Origin: Acidobacteriota bacterium | Lineage (GTDB): Bacteria; Acidobacteriota; Thermoanaerobaculia; Multivoradales; JAHEKO01 | Reading direction: 5' to 3' | Assembly (NCBI GenBank): GCA_029862975.1 | Contig: JAOTWP010000004.1 | Span: forward strand, 7,392 to 71,391 | DNA length: 64,000 bases | Shown: positions 42,640-53,925 of the stretch, piece after piece | How the letters are laid out: the number at the start of each line of letters is the position of its first letter | Numbering within the stretch: the stretch's first letter is position 1 | The notes under the pieces: generated by a model | Told to the model about the DNA's origin: nothing | The model's database searches: none | Seen by the model: the letters and a program-made list of their open reading frames with translations, nothing else | Made by a program: the position numbers and the translations under genes

Positions 42640-44403
42640 ATGAGCCTCTCACCCGAGACCATCGCCGCGATCCTCGTGCGCCAGGAGGTGCTGACGGAAG
42701 ACCAGGCCTCCGAAGTGCACAAGGAGGCGCGCCTGCTGCCCAAGCGAGCCCGCAACCCGCGCGCCTTCGAGCAACGGGCGCTGTCCTACGAGCTCATCGA
42801 GCGCTGCAACTTCCCCAGCGTCGAGAGCCCCGGCAAGCCGCTGCGGGAGTTCGAGATCGCGCGGGCGATCGCTCGCGAGACGGGGCTCGAGTTCGTCCGC
42901 ATCGACCCCCTCGACCTCGACGCCGACCTCATCGAGTCCAAGATGTCGCGCCCGTTCGCCAGGCGCCACCGCATGATCCCGCTCGAGATGCGCAACGGCA
43001 AGCTGCGCGTCGCCTGCGCCGACCCCAACGACATCGAGGGCATCGACTCGTTCCGCCGCATCGCCGAGCGCGAGATCGAGCTCGTCGTCGCCTCGGAGCC
43101 GGACGTGCTGCGCGCGATCACCGAGTTCTACGGTCTGCGCCACTCGGTCAAGCGCGCCGAGAAGGACCTCGCGAGCGGCATCGACCTCGGCAATCTCGAG
43201 GCCCTCGTCAGGCTCAAGGACTCGAAAGAGATCGAGTCCAGCGACCAGCACGTCGTCAACGCCGTCGAGTTCATGCTGCAGCACGCCTACGACACCAGGG
43301 CGAGCGACATCCACATCGAGCCGAAGCGCGACTTCAGCCTCATCCGCTTCCGCATCGACGGCGTTCTCCACGACATCCAGACGATGCCCAAGCTCGTGCA
43401 CCGGGCCGTCGTCAGCCGCCTCAAGACCCTGGCGCGGATGGACATCGCCGAAAAGCGCAAGCCGCAGGACGGCCGGGTCAAGACCAGCCGCGCCGGCGAG
43501 GAGGTCGAGCTCAGGGTCTCCACCCTGCCGGTGGGCTTCGGCGAGAAGATGGTGATCCGCATCTTCGATCCCGCTCTCTTGATGCAGGATCTCGGCGAGA
43601 TCGGCTTCTACCCGGACGAGCTCGATCTCTTCAACGACTTCATCACCCGGCCGCACGGCATCGTGCTGCTCACCGGCCCCACGGGCTCGGGCAAGACGAC
43701 GACGCTCTACTCCGCGCTCAAGCAGATCGCCGGCCGCGAGCTCAACATCACGACGATCGAAGACCCGATCGAGATGGTCTACGAGGACTTCAACCAGGTC
43801 GCCGTCAACGCCAAGGCGGGCATGACGTTCGCCACGGCCCTGCGCCACGTCCTGCGCCAGGACCCCGACATCATCATGGTCGGCGAGGTGCGCGACACCG
43901 AGACCGCGGAGTACGCCGTCCAGGCGGCGCTCACCGGCCACCTGGTCTTCTCCACCCTGCACACGAACGACGCCCCGTCGGCGATCACCCGCCTGAGCGA
44001 CCTGGGGATCGAGCCCTACCTCGTCAGCTCCACCCTGATCGGCGCCGTCGCCCAGCGCCTCGTGCGCCGGGTCTGCCCGCACTGCACCCAGGATTCCCAC
44101 TTGACCGCGACCGAGGTCCAGGCGCTACGGCTCTCCGTGCCGCCGGGAAAACGGGTCAAGGTGAGGGTCGGCGAGGGCTGCTTCGAGTGCCGCGGCACCG
44201 GCTTTCTCGGCCGCACCGCCGTCTTCGAGGTCCTGCCCATCGACGACGCGGTCAAGCCGCTCGTCCTCGCCCGCGCCGATTCCTCGCAGATCAAGCGCGA
44301 CGCCGTCAACGCCGGCATGCGCACGCTGCGCCAGAGCGCCCTGCGGAAGCTGGCCGAGGGCATCACGAGCTTCGAAGAGGTCGTGCGCGTCACCTCCTTG
44401 TAG
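42640..44403 (+). CDS. GspE/PilB family secretion ATPase (type II secretion / type IV pilus assembly)
   Basis: ATG at 42640. Walker [11 protein letters not shown], Asp/His boxes, and a tetracysteine CPHC...CFECRGTG. Confidence 0.85.
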   Translation: MSLSPETIAAILVRQEVLTEDQASEVHKEARLLPKRARNPRAFEQRALSYELIERCNFPSVESPGKPLREFEIARAIARETGLEFVRIDPLDLDADLIESKMSRPFARRHRMIPLEMRNGKLRVACADPNDIEGIDSFRRIAEREIELVVASEPDVLRAITEFYGLRHSVKRAEKDLASGIDLGNLEALVRLKDSKEIESSDQHVVNAVEFMLQHAYDTRASDIHIEPKRDFSLIRFRIDGVLHDIQTMPKLVHRAVVSRLKTLARMDIAEKRKPQDGRVKTSRAGEEVELRVSTLPVGFGEKMVIRIFDPALLMQDLGEIGFYPDELDLFNDFITRPHGIVLLTGPTGSGKTTTLYSALKQIAGRELNITTIEDPIEMVYEDFNQVAVNAKAGMTFATALRHVLRQDPDIIMVGEVRDTETAEYAVQAALTGHLVFSTLHTNDAPSAITRLSDLGIEPYLVSSTLIGAVAQRLVRRVCPHCTQDSHLTATEVQALRLSVPPGKRVKVRVGEGCFECRGTGFLGRTAVFEVLPIDDAVKPLVLARADSSQIKRDAVNAGMRTLRQSALRKLAEGITSFEEVVRVTSL

Positions 44404-44447
44404 CCCGTAGCCCGTAGCCTGGAGCCTGGAGCCTGGAGCCTGGGGCC
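44401..44447 (+). repeat. two abutting heptamer microsatellites, (TAGCCCG)x~2.7 then (TGGAGCC)x3 + TGGGGCC, starting at the gspE-like stop codon
   Basis: Direct reading: tagcccg tagcccg tagcc tggagcc tggagcc tggagcc tggggcc. Confidence 0.9.
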
Positions 44448-44524
44448 CGGGGCAGGCAGGCCGGCGCTCCCGGCGCGCTCGGCCCCGCGGCGCTCCCCGC
44501 CGTCGTCTCCGGAGGCGCTGCGCG

Positions 44525-45370
44525 CTATTCGCCGTGGAAGCGCTCGTCGATGAGCTCGTAGGCCCGGCGCACGTCCTGGCCGGGCTCCACCACGCGGTTG
44601 AAGAGGCTGCGATAGGTCGACCGCAGGGTGTCGTGGTCGCCCTCCTGGAGGAGGCGGATCACCTGCTCGATCGCGCGCTGCGAGGTGGGGCCGTAGGCGG
44701 CGCGGGTGAACTCGCGCTCCAGGAGCACGAGGGCAAAGAAGAGGGGGTCCGAGGAGTGGTCCTCTTCTTCGGATTCTCCCCCTCCCGAGCGCGCGGCGGT
44801 CGTCTCGGCGGCGGCCGGCACCTCGGCGTCCTGGATGGCGCCGAGCCGCTCGGGGCTCAGGTCGTCGAGCTCCCGCAAGGTCTCGGCGAGGGCCTTCGGC
44901 GAGGCGTCGGGCGGCAGCTCCTTGGGCGTCTCGCTCGTGCCCAGCTCGCCGAAGAGCGGCAGCGCGCGCAGCTGGCGGGCGAAGCGCGAGAGCAGGAGGA
45001 AGAGCTCCTTTTCGTTGGCGAAGTTGCCGACGAGGCGCGCGTCCTTGCCGATGTCCAGCCGCCGGGTCTCCTGCAGCACGATGTTGGCCTGGGCCGAGTC
45101 CTCGAGGTGGATGGCCTCGGCCTCGACTCGCCAGGCGGTCAACGTCCCCTCGACGTAGCACGTGCTCGCGCAGCGCACCTCGACGGCTTCGACCTCCGCC
45201 ATGGGCTCGATCCGGATCGAGCCGTTGAGGGACTCGAGCTTGCGGTAGTTCCCGGAGTTCTGGATGACGAGATTCCCCGGCGTCGAGATCGACAGCTGCC
45301 CGTGGATGTCGACCTGGATGTCCGCGCCTTGCGGAATGATCATCGTCGGTGCTTCGCCGGGCATGGTCAT
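44525..45370 (-). CDS. hypothetical protein with bactofilin-like (beta-helical) N-terminal region, acidic linker and helical C-terminal domain
   Basis: N-terminus [30 protein letters not shown]...[42 protein letters not shown] shows the alternating hydrophobic pattern of the bactofilin fold. Assignment is by eye only. Confidence 0.5.
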   Translation of the reverse strand: MTMPGEAPTMIIPQGADIQVDIHGQLSISTPGNLVIQNSGNYRKLESLNGSIRIEPMAEVEAVEVRCASTCYVEGTLTAWRVEAEAIHLEDSAQANIVLQETRRLDIGKDARLVGNFANEKELFLLLSRFARQLRALPLFGELGTSETPKELPPDASPKALAETLRELDDLSPERLGAIQDAEVPAAAETTAARSGGGESEEEDHSSDPLFFALVLLEREFTRAAYGPTSQRAIEQVIRLLQEGDHDTLRSTYRSLFNRVVEPGQDVRRAYELIDERFHGE

Positions 45371-45401
45371 CTCCTGTGGCTGCCAGTCGAGGAGGCGCAG
45401 G

Positions 45402-46472
45402 CTAGCGCCCGATCAACCGCGGCAGCGGCTCGTAGTCTCTCAGGTCCGGCGCCATTCTAGCGCGGACGAGGAGCTGCTCCTCGTCGCGCCAGCGATGATC
45501 CAGGATGTAGATTCGGGGATCGACGGGGGTGAACTCGCCGTCCTCCCCGAGGACCCGCACCTCGTAGTGGAGATGGGGGTTGGTGCTCCAGCCGGTGTTG
45601 CCGACGGTGGCGATGACGTCCCCTTGCGCCACCCTCTGGCCGCTCTTGACGAGGACCTCCTCGCAGTGGCCGAAGAGGGTGATGAAGCGCTCGCCGTTGC
45701 GCAGGGCCACGAGGTTGCCGTAGCGCCACCACGAGACGCTCTGCCGCAAGGGGTAACGGCCCGCGAACACGACGACCCCGGCGGCCGGCGCGTGGATCTC
45801 GGTGCCGGTCGAGGCGGCGAGATCGAGGCCCGGATGGAAGTCGCGCTCCTTCGTGAAGGGGCTGCGGCGGTTGCCGAAGGGACTCGTGAGCACGAACTCG
45901 TCGCGGTTCAGGGGGCTGACCGAAGGGGTCGTCAGCACCTGGTCGCCGTGGGCGCTCTCGAAGGACTGGATCTCGTCGATGAAGCTGCCGAGGACGCGGA
46001 GCTGCTCGCTGATCTTCGCCTCCAGGGTGCTGCCCCGGCGGATGGCGCCGGCGTAGATCGACTCCGGGACGCTGCGCGGCGCGATCGGATAGCCCTGCCC
46101 GGCCGAGGTCTCGTCGTTGCGCAGCCCGTACGTCGTATAGATGCGGTTCATCTTGAGGTGGAGCTCTTCGCTGGCGCCGTCGAGCGCCGCCATCTGCGCC
46201 GTCAGGTCCTGCAGCCGCTCGCCGTGGCGGGCGCGCTCCGCCACCAGCGACTCGTAACGGCTGCGGCTGAGCAGGTTGCCGACGACCTGCGGCGCCAGCA
46301 CCGCGTTGAGCCCCAGGAAGAGGACCACCGCCGCCGCCACTGCCGCCGCCCACCGGATCTGGCGCCGGGTGAGGAAGAAATACCAGACCCGGCGACGGAT
46401 GTCGCTGGGATGGATCTGGATCTCCAGCACGGTGCCCTCGGCGGGCTTGCGGGCGCTATTTGCCATGGCCAA
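45402..46472 (-). CDS. M23 family metallopeptidase, bitopic (cytoplasmic tail, one TM, coiled coil, LytM domain)
   Basis: TM AAAVAAAVVLFLGLNAVLA. HxxxD FHPGLDLAA and HxH NPHLHYEV. Confidence 0.85.
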   Translation of the reverse strand: MAMANSARKPAEGTVLEIQIHPSDIRRRVWYFFLTRRQIRWAAAVAAAVVLFLGLNAVLAPQVVGNLLSRSRYESLVAERARHGERLQDLTAQMAALDGASEELHLKMNRIYTTYGLRNDETSAGQGYPIAPRSVPESIYAGAIRRGSTLEAKISEQLRVLGSFIDEIQSFESAHGDQVLTTPSVSPLNRDEFVLTSPFGNRRSPFTKERDFHPGLDLAASTGTEIHAPAAGVVVFAGRYPLRQSVSWWRYGNLVALRNGERFITLFGHCEEVLVKSGQRVAQGDVIATVGNTGWSTNPHLHYEVRVLGEDGEFTPVDPRIYILDHRWRDEEQLLVRARMAPDLRDYEPLPRLIGR

Positions 46473-47325
46473 AGCGAAACCCTAGCATGTCGAGGCCGGC
46501 CGGTGCAGTGCCGGGCACCAATTCCTCGAGCAGGCGCTCGTCGGCGTGGGCGGCGACGAGCGAGCGCAGTTCGGCTTGAACCGCCGGATTTCCGGCGACC
46601 AGATTGCCGCTCAGCAGGAACCGGCCGCCGCCGTCGAGATCGGTCGCCCGCCCCCCCGCCTCTTCGATCATCAGGACGCCGGCCGCCAGATCCCACGCCG
46701 ACAGCCGGAACTCGAAGAAGCCGTCGTACACCCCGGCCGCCGTGTAGGCGAGGTCGAGGACGGCCGCGCCGCAGCGCCGGATGGCGCGGGCGCGCAGGAA
46801 CACGTCCCGGAACGCGGCGAGGTAGCGGTCGAGGGCGGCCCGCGCCTTGAAGGGATAGCCGGTCGCCACGAAGGCGCCGTCGAGGCCGGGGCGGCTCGAG
46901 ACCGCGAGCGGCCGCCCGTCCCAGACCGCCCCCGCCCCCCGCTCGGCCGCGAACAGCTGGCCGCTCGTGGGGTCGAGGATGGCGCCGGCGACCACCTCGC
47001 CGTCGCGCGCGCAGGCCACGGACACGCCCCAGACGGGCAAGCCCTGGAGGAAGTTGGCCGTGCCGTCGAGCGGGTCGACGATCCACAGGTGCCGCGCGTC
47101 GCCGCCACCCACGACGCCCTTCTCCTCGGAGAGGATGGGATGGCTCGGGAAACGCCTCGCGATCTCGCCGAGGATGGCGCGCTCGCTGGCCTCGTCGGCC
47201 TCCGAGACGAGATCGTGGGGCGCCTTCAGGCGCGCGCCGAGGTCGCCGGTGCGGAAGCGGGACAGCAGCTCCGCGGCGCCGGCGCGGGCGGCGGCGATCG
47301 CGGTGTCGATCAGGGAAGGGCTCAT
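46456..47325 (-). CDS. suhB: inositol monophosphatase family protein
   Basis: ATG at 47325. SEEKG, WIVDPLDGTANF and WDLAAG motifs. Confidence 0.85.
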   Translation of the reverse strand: MSPSLIDTAIAAARAGAAELLSRFRTGDLGARLKAPHDLVSEADEASERAILGEIARRFPSHPILSEEKGVVGGGDARHLWIVDPLDGTANFLQGLPVWGVSVACARDGEVVAGAILDPTSGQLFAAERGAGAVWDGRPLAVSSRPGLDGAFVATGYPFKARAALDRYLAAFRDVFLRARAIRRCGAAVLDLAYTAAGVYDGFFEFRLSAWDLAAGVLMIEEAGGRATDLDGGGRFLLSGNLVAGNPAVQAELRSLVAAHADERLLEELVPGTAPAGLDMLGFRFGHGK

Positions 47326-47372
47326 GGCGTGACCTAGGATCGCCGCCGCGCGCCGGCGCCGCCGGCGGCCGC

Positions 47373-48655
47373 TCACCCCGCCGGCAGCTCGACCGGCCGG
47401 CCGCCGACGATCGTCCCCACCGCCCGCCCGCGCACGGTCCAGCCCGCAAAGGGCGTATTGCGCGACTTGCTGCGGAAGGCGGCGGGCTCGACCGTGAGCT
47501 CGGCGTCGGGGTCGAAGAGCGTCACGTCGGCCACCGCGCCCACCCGCAACGTGCCGCCGGGCACGCCGAGCAGCCGCGCCGGACCGCTCGAGAAGAGCTC
47601 GACGAGCCGCGGCAGGGTGAGGATCCCGGAGCGCACGAGGCGGTCGTAGCACAGGCCGAGGTTGGTCTCGAGGCCGATGACGCCGAACGGCGCCAGCGAG
47701 AACTCGACGTCCTTTTCGTCCGGGTGATGGGGGGCGTGGTCGCTGGCGATGGCGTCGACGGTGCCGTCGGCCAGCCCCGCGAGCAGGGCGCGGCGGTCGC
47801 TCTCGCCGCGCAGCGGCGGGTTCATCTTGGCGTTCGGCGAGAACTCCGAGGTGGCGATCAGCTCGTCCGTCAGGAGAAGGTGGTGGGGGGTGACCTCGCA
47901 GGTGACGGCGAGCCCCTGCTCCTTGGCGCGGCGGACGAGACCGAGGGCGCGGGCGGTCGACAGGTGGGCGACGTGATAGCGCCCACCGTAGTCCTCAGCG
48001 AGCAGCACGTCGCGGGCCACGATGATGTCCTCGCCCGCCCCGGGCCACCCCGGCAGCCCGAGCCGCGTCGACCATTCGCCCTCGTGCATCACGCCCCCGG
48101 CCGTCAGCTCGAGGTCCTGGGCGTGCTGGATGACCGGCACGTCGAAGTGCCGGGCGTACTCGAGCACCCGCCGCATGAGCGCCGGGTTGGCCACCGGATA
48201 GCCGTCGTCGGAGACCGCCACGACGCCCGCCGCCACCATCTCTCCGATCTCGGCGAGCTCCTCGCCACGCTGCCCCTTGCTGGCGGCGCCGATCGGGTAG
48301 ACGCGCGCGAAGCCGTGGCGCGCCGCCTCCTTGAGGATGTGCTCGGTGACGGACGGGTTGTCGTTGACGGGCACGGTGTTGGCCATGCAGGCCACGGCCG
48401 TGAAGCCGCCGGCGGCGGCGGCCAGGGTGCCGCTCTTCACCGTCTCCTTGTACTCCTGTCCCGGCTCGCGCAGATGGACGTGCATGTCGATCCAGCCGGG
48501 CGTGACGACGAGGCCGTCGGCGTCGCGCACCGTCGCGCCGGCGGCGTCGATCCGCCCGTCGATCGCCGCCACGACGCCGTCCTCGACGAGCAGATCGAAG
48601 GGCCCGTCGAGGTCCTGGGTCGGATCGACCAGCCGCCCGCCGCGGACGAGCAGCC

Positions 48656-48659
<4 letters not shown>
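47373..48659 (-). CDS. pyrC: dihydroorotase
   Basis: [13 protein letters not shown] and a 428-aa amidohydrolase fold. Coupled to pyrB. Confidence 0.9.
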
Positions 48660-49596
<937 letters not shown>

Positions 49597-49600
<4 letters not shown>

Positions 49601-50229
49601 TCCCCCTCCGCCGCGCCCGCGGCCGGCCCGGCCGCCGAGCCGTCGTGGGGGATGACCTCGACGCCGTCTTCGCCGTCGGTCTGGGCGAAGCGGACCTCGA
49701 CGAGCTCGTCGCGCGCGGTCTCCACCGTCCGCCCGACGATGTCGGGCTGGATCGGCAGCTCCCGCAGGCCGCGGTCGATGAGCACCGCCAGGCGCACCGA
49801 GCGCGGCCGCCCGTAGTCGACCAGGGCGTCGAGAGCCGCGCGGATGGTGCGGCCGGTGAAGAGCACGTCGTCGCAGAGCACGACGATCCGGTCGTCGAGC
49901 GTGCCCGGCAGCCGGGTCTCCTTGACCACCGGATAACGGGCGACGGTCGACAGGTCGTCGCGATAGAGGTTGATGTCGAGCACGCCGCGGGGGATGTCCG
50001 CGCCCTCCATCTCGCGGATCTCGCGGGCCAGGGACTCGGCCAGGGGCACGCCGCGGGTGCGGATGCCGATGAACATCAGGTCCTCGACCCCGCCGTTGCG
50101 GTCGACGATCTCCCCCGCCATCCGGCGAACGACGCGCTGCATCTGCTCCGCGTCGAGAATCGTGCGCCGGTCCGCCACAGTGCCCTCAGCAACCGGCGGC
50201 ATGGTACGTCCCGCCAGCAGCGCTGTCAA
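49597..50229 (-). CDS. pyrR: bifunctional pyrimidine operon regulator / uracil phosphoribosyltransferase PyrR
   Basis: [22 protein letters not shown] motif, heading pyrR-pyrB-pyrC. The start may be ATG 50202. Confidence 0.85.
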
Positions 50230-50260
50230 TCGCGCTCCCGGGTTGCGCTGCCGCGCGCCG

Positions 50261-50311
50261 GGCTACAAGATGTTGTATCCCACGCGCGGGGGGCTACAAG
50301 ATCTGCTATCC
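50261..50311. promoter_or_regulatory. two 20-bp direct repeats (GGCTACAAGATgTtgTATCC / GGCTACAAGATcTgcTATCC), the first containing the palindrome TACAA-gatg-TTGTA, in the pyrR/smc divergent gap
   Basis: Read directly at 50261-50280 and 50292-50311. TTGTAT/TACAAG pairs spaced 16 nt give -35/-10-like hexamers on both strands. Confidence 0.4.
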
Positions 50312-50368
50312 TCCCCGGCGAATTCGAGCCCCGTTCCACGCCGCCCAGCGGCTCGCCCGGCGCCGTCC

Positions 50369-53300
50369 ATGCTCAAGATCCAACGCGTCCAGCTCTCCGG
50401 CTTCAAGTCCTTCCCGGACGACACGACCGTCGAGTTCGCCGGCGGGCTGACCGCCATCGTCGGACCCAACGGCTGCGGCAAAAGCAACATCGCCGACGCC
50501 GTCATCTGGGGCCTCGGAGAGCGCAGCGCCAAGAGCCTGCGCGGCGGCAAGATGGAGGACGTCATCTTCGCCGGCTCCGAGGGCCGCAAGGCGCTCGGGA
50601 TGGCCGAGGTCCGGCTCGACATGACGACGGATCCGGGATTCGAAGGCGCGGACGACGGCCGGCTGGCGATCACCCGCCAGGTCTTCCGCGCCGGCGAGGG
50701 CCGTTACTTCGTCAACGGCAAGCCGAGCCGCCTCAAGGACATCCGCAGCCTGCTCATGGACACCGGGCTCGGCCTGCGCGGCTACTCGATGATCGAGCAG
50801 GGCCAGATCGGCATGATCCTCTCCGGCAAGCCGCAGGAGCGCCGCAAGCTCCTGGAGGAGGCGGCGGGCATCACCCGCTACAAGGACCGCCGGCGCATCG
50901 CCGAGGTCAAGCTCGAAGAGGCGCGCGGCAACCTCGCCCGGCTCGACGACATCCTCTCCGAGGTCGGGCGCGCCGTGCGCTCTCTCAAGCGCCAGGCGGC
51001 CGCCGCGCGGCGCTACCGCGAGGCCCAGAGCCGGCGCGCGGAGCTGCTCCGCGCCGTGCTCCTGGGGCGCTGGTCGCGGGTTCACGGCGAGCTCGTGCGG
51101 CTCAAGCGGGAGATCGCGAGCCGGGTCGACCGCGAGGCCGAGCTCTCCGCGGACCTGCATCGCGACGAGGCGGAGCTGGCCGAGCGGCGGCGCGACGAGG
51201 AGGGCCTCACCCGCCGGCTGGCGGAGCGGCACCGCCGCGACTCCGACCTGGCGGCTCGCATCGAGGGCAAGCAGGAGTTCGTCAAGGGGGCCCGCCAACG
51301 GCGCCAGGAGGTGACCGAGCGGATCGCCGCCAGCCGCGGCCTGATCGAGAACCAGCGAGCCCGCCAGGCCGAGCTGCGCAACGAGCTGGCCGTCCTCGGC
51401 GACCGCGAGCGCGAGCTCGCGGCGGAGCTCGCGGCGGCGGCCAGCGAGCTCAGCCACGGCGAGAGCCGGATCACCGACGTCGCCCAGCTGGTGAGCGAGG
51501 CCGAGGCCCGCCTCGAGTCCACCCGCGGCAGCCTCCTGACGTCCTTGAGCGCGGTCAACGACCTGCGCAACCGCCTGCATCGCGAGCAGGTGGAGAGCGA
51601 GAAGGGGGAGCTGCGGCTCTCCCACCTGCGCTCGGCGCTCGCCGAGAACGCGAAGCAGGCGGCGGAAGCCCGGCGCGCCGCCGCCCAGGCCGCCGAGCAC
51701 CTCGCGGCGGCCGGCGCCGAGGCCGGCGAGCACGGCCGGGGCCTGGCCGTAGGGCGAGCCCGCCTCGCGAGCCTCGAGGAGGCCACGGAGAGCCGGCGCG
51801 AGCGGCGCCACGAGCTCAAGGACGAGCTCGTCGCCCTGGAGCAGCGGCGGGAGCTTCTGGCCGAGCTCGTCGCGGCGCGCCACGAGCGCCGGCGCCGGCT
51901 CGCCGAGACCCTGGCCGCGGCCGGCCTGCCCCGCGTGACGCTGCTCTCGGAACGGCTGCGGGTGCCCGAGGGCTGGGCGCGCAGTCTCGACCTCTTCCTC
52001 GGCGAGCTCGCCGACGCCGCGATCCTGCCGAGCGACGAGGACGGCCTGCGGCTCGCCCGCTTCCTGCGCGACGACGGCGCCGGCGGGCGCCTGATCCGCT
52101 CGCTCGCCGCGCCGGCTCCCGCTGCGCCCCTCGCCGACGCGGCCGTCCTCTCGCCGCTCGGCGCGGCCCTGGCGCTGCCTGCCGAGCTGGCCGCGGCGCT
52201 GCCGCCCGCCTATCTCGTCGAGAGCGCCGCCGACGCCGAGCGGCTGGCCCGCGCCCATCCCGGCGCCGCCTTCCTCGCCCGCGAGGGGCTGTGGGCGGAG
52301 GCGGGGGTCCTCCACGTCGCCGCCGACGGCGCCCGCCCGGGCCTCCTGGCGTCGGAGGAGGAGGTGGCGAGCCTCGAGGAGCGCATCCCGCCGCTCGGCG
52401 AGCGGCTGACGGCCACGGCGCGGGAGATCGACGAGCTCGCCGGCCAGGCCCGCGACTGCCGCGAGAGCCTCGTCCCCCTCGAGGAGAGCCTCGCCGCGTC
52501 CCGGGAGCGGATCGCCGTGCTCGAGGCGCGGGGCCAGGACCTGGCGGCGCGCGAGCGCCGTCTCGCCGTCGAGCGCGAGACTCTCGAGACCGAGGTTGCC
52601 GAGACCGAGCGCGAGATCGAGATCATCGCCGAGCGGCGCAGGAGCCTGCAGCTCGAGTTCACCCGCGCCGAGACCCGCCACGAGGAGCTCGAGCAGAGCT
52701 TCGACGCGCTGCAGCGGGAGGCGGGCGAGGCGCGGCGGCAGCGCGAGGAGACGAGCACCGCCGGCGCCGACCGCCGCGGCCGCCACCGGCTCGTCGAGCA
52801 ACGCCTCGAGTCGCACCGGCGCGGCGCAGAGAGGATCGCCGCCGAGATCGACGAGGTCGAGGCCCGCATCGCCGGCTGGCACCAGGAGTCCGCGACCCTC
52901 GAGGCCCGCAAGGCCGAGATCGAAGACGCGCTCGCCCGTGCCGAGGGCGAGCTGCAGTCGGCCCTCGAGGAGCGCGCCGTCTCCCAGGACGACCTCGCCG
53001 GCGCCCAGCGCGATCTCGACGCCAGGCGCGCGGCGTTGCAGGAGATCGACGCCCGCCTGGGCGTCCTGCGCGAGGAGCGCGACCAGGTGCGCACCGAGAT
53101 CGGCGACCTGCGGGTCGAGCGCGCGGCCCACGGCCAGGACGCCGAGCACCTGCAGGCCGAGTTCCACAAGGAGCTCGCCGAGGACCTGCCCGACATTCCC
53201 GCCGAGGCGCCGCCCAACCTGCCCGAGATCGAGGTGGACTTCGAGCGCTGCGAGGCGCTGCTCGAGCGCCTCGGCCCCGTCAACCTGCTGGCCGCCGAGG

Positions 53301-53896
53301 AGCATGCCGAGCAGGTCGAGCGGCTCGAGTTCCTCTCCACCCAGCGCGCCGACGTCGCGTCCTCGGTCGAGAAGCTGCGCGACACGATCCGCAAGCTCAA
53401 CGCGGAGTCGAGCGAGCGATTCCGCAAGACCTTCGCGGAGGTCAACGTCACCTTCTCGGAGACCTTCACGGAGCTCTTCCGCGGCGGCCAGGCCTCGATG
53501 CGCTTGCTCGACGAGGACGATCCGCTCGACAGCGGCATCGAGATCGTCGCCCGGCCGCCCGGCAAACGGCTGCAGAACCTGATGCTCCTGTCCGGCGGCG
53601 AGAAGGCGCTGACCGCCATCGCGCTCCTCTTCGGCCTCTTCCGCACCAAGCCCTCCCCCTTCTGCATCCTCGACGAGGTCGACGCGCCGCTCGACGACCT
53701 CAACACCGTCCGCTTCGTCCAGCTGGTACAGAAGATGGCCGCGGAGACCCAGTTCGTGATCATCACCCACAACAAGATCACCATGGAGGCCGCCTCCGTC
53801 CTCTACGGCGTGACCATGCAGGAGCGCGGCGTCTCCAAGCTCGTCGCCGTCGAGCTCGACGACGTCCACCCCCGCCAGGAAGCGCTCTCCGCGTAG
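50369..53896 (+). CDS. smc: chromosome segregation protein SMC
   Basis: ATG at 50369. MLKIQRVQLSGFKSF...GPNGCGKSNI, long coiled coils, and C-terminal LSGGEKALTAIALLF...ILDEVDAPLD. Confidence 0.9.
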   Translation: MLKIQRVQLSGFKSFPDDTTVEFAGGLTAIVGPNGCGKSNIADAVIWGLGERSAKSLRGGKMEDVIFAGSEGRKALGMAEVRLDMTTDPGFEGADDGRLAITRQVFRAGEGRYFVNGKPSRLKDIRSLLMDTGLGLRGYSMIEQGQIGMILSGKPQERRKLLEEAAGITRYKDRRRIAEVKLEEARGNLARLDDILSEVGRAVRSLKRQAAAARRYREAQSRRAELLRAVLLGRWSRVHGELVRLKREIASRVDREAELSADLHRDEAELAERRRDEEGLTRRLAERHRRDSDLAARIEGKQEFVKGARQRRQEVTERIAASRGLIENQRARQAELRNELAVLGDRERELAAELAAAASELSHGESRITDVAQLVSEAEARLESTRGSLLTSLSAVNDLRNRLHREQVESEKGELRLSHLRSALAENAKQAAEARRAAAQAAEHLAAAGAEAGEHGRGLAVGRARLASLEEATESRRERRHELKDELVALEQRRELLAELVAARHERRRRLAETLAAAGLPRVTLLSERLRVPEGWARSLDLFLGELADAAILPSDEDGLRLARFLRDDGAGGRLIRSLAAPAPAAPLADAAVLSPLGAALALPAELAAALPPAYLVESAADAERLARAHPGAAFLAREGLWAEAGVLHVAADGARPGLLASEEEVASLEERIPPLGERLTATAREIDELAGQARDCRESLVPLEESLAASRERIAVLEARGQDLAARERRLAVERETLETEVAETEREIEIIAERRRSLQLEFTRAETRHEELEQSFDALQREAGEARRQREETSTAGADRRGRHRLVEQRLESHRRGAERIAAEIDEVEARIAGWHQESATLEARKAEIEDALARAEGELQSALEERAVSQDDLAGAQRDLDARRAALQEIDARLGVLREERDQVRTEIGDLRVERAAHGQDAEHLQAEFHKELAEDLPDIPAEAPPNLPEIEVDFERCEALLERLGPVNLLAAEEHAEQVERLEFLSTQRADVASSVEKLRDTIRKLNAESSERFRKTFAEVNVTFSETFTELFRGGQASMRLLDEDDPLDSGIEIVARPPGKRLQNLMLLSGGEKALTAIALLFGLFRTKPSPFCILDEVDAPLDDLNTVRFVQLVQKMAAETQFVIITHNKITMEAASVLYGVTMQERGVSKLVAVELDDVHPRQEALSA

Positions 53897-53925
53897 CACC
53901 TCGCTGGCCTCGGAGGCGCGTGCCC

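Noticed and set aside
50230-50368. PyrR-binding attenuator hairpin in the pyrR leader.
   Set aside because: I could not find the conserved UCCAGAGAGG-type loop or a terminator/antiterminator pair in the short leader.
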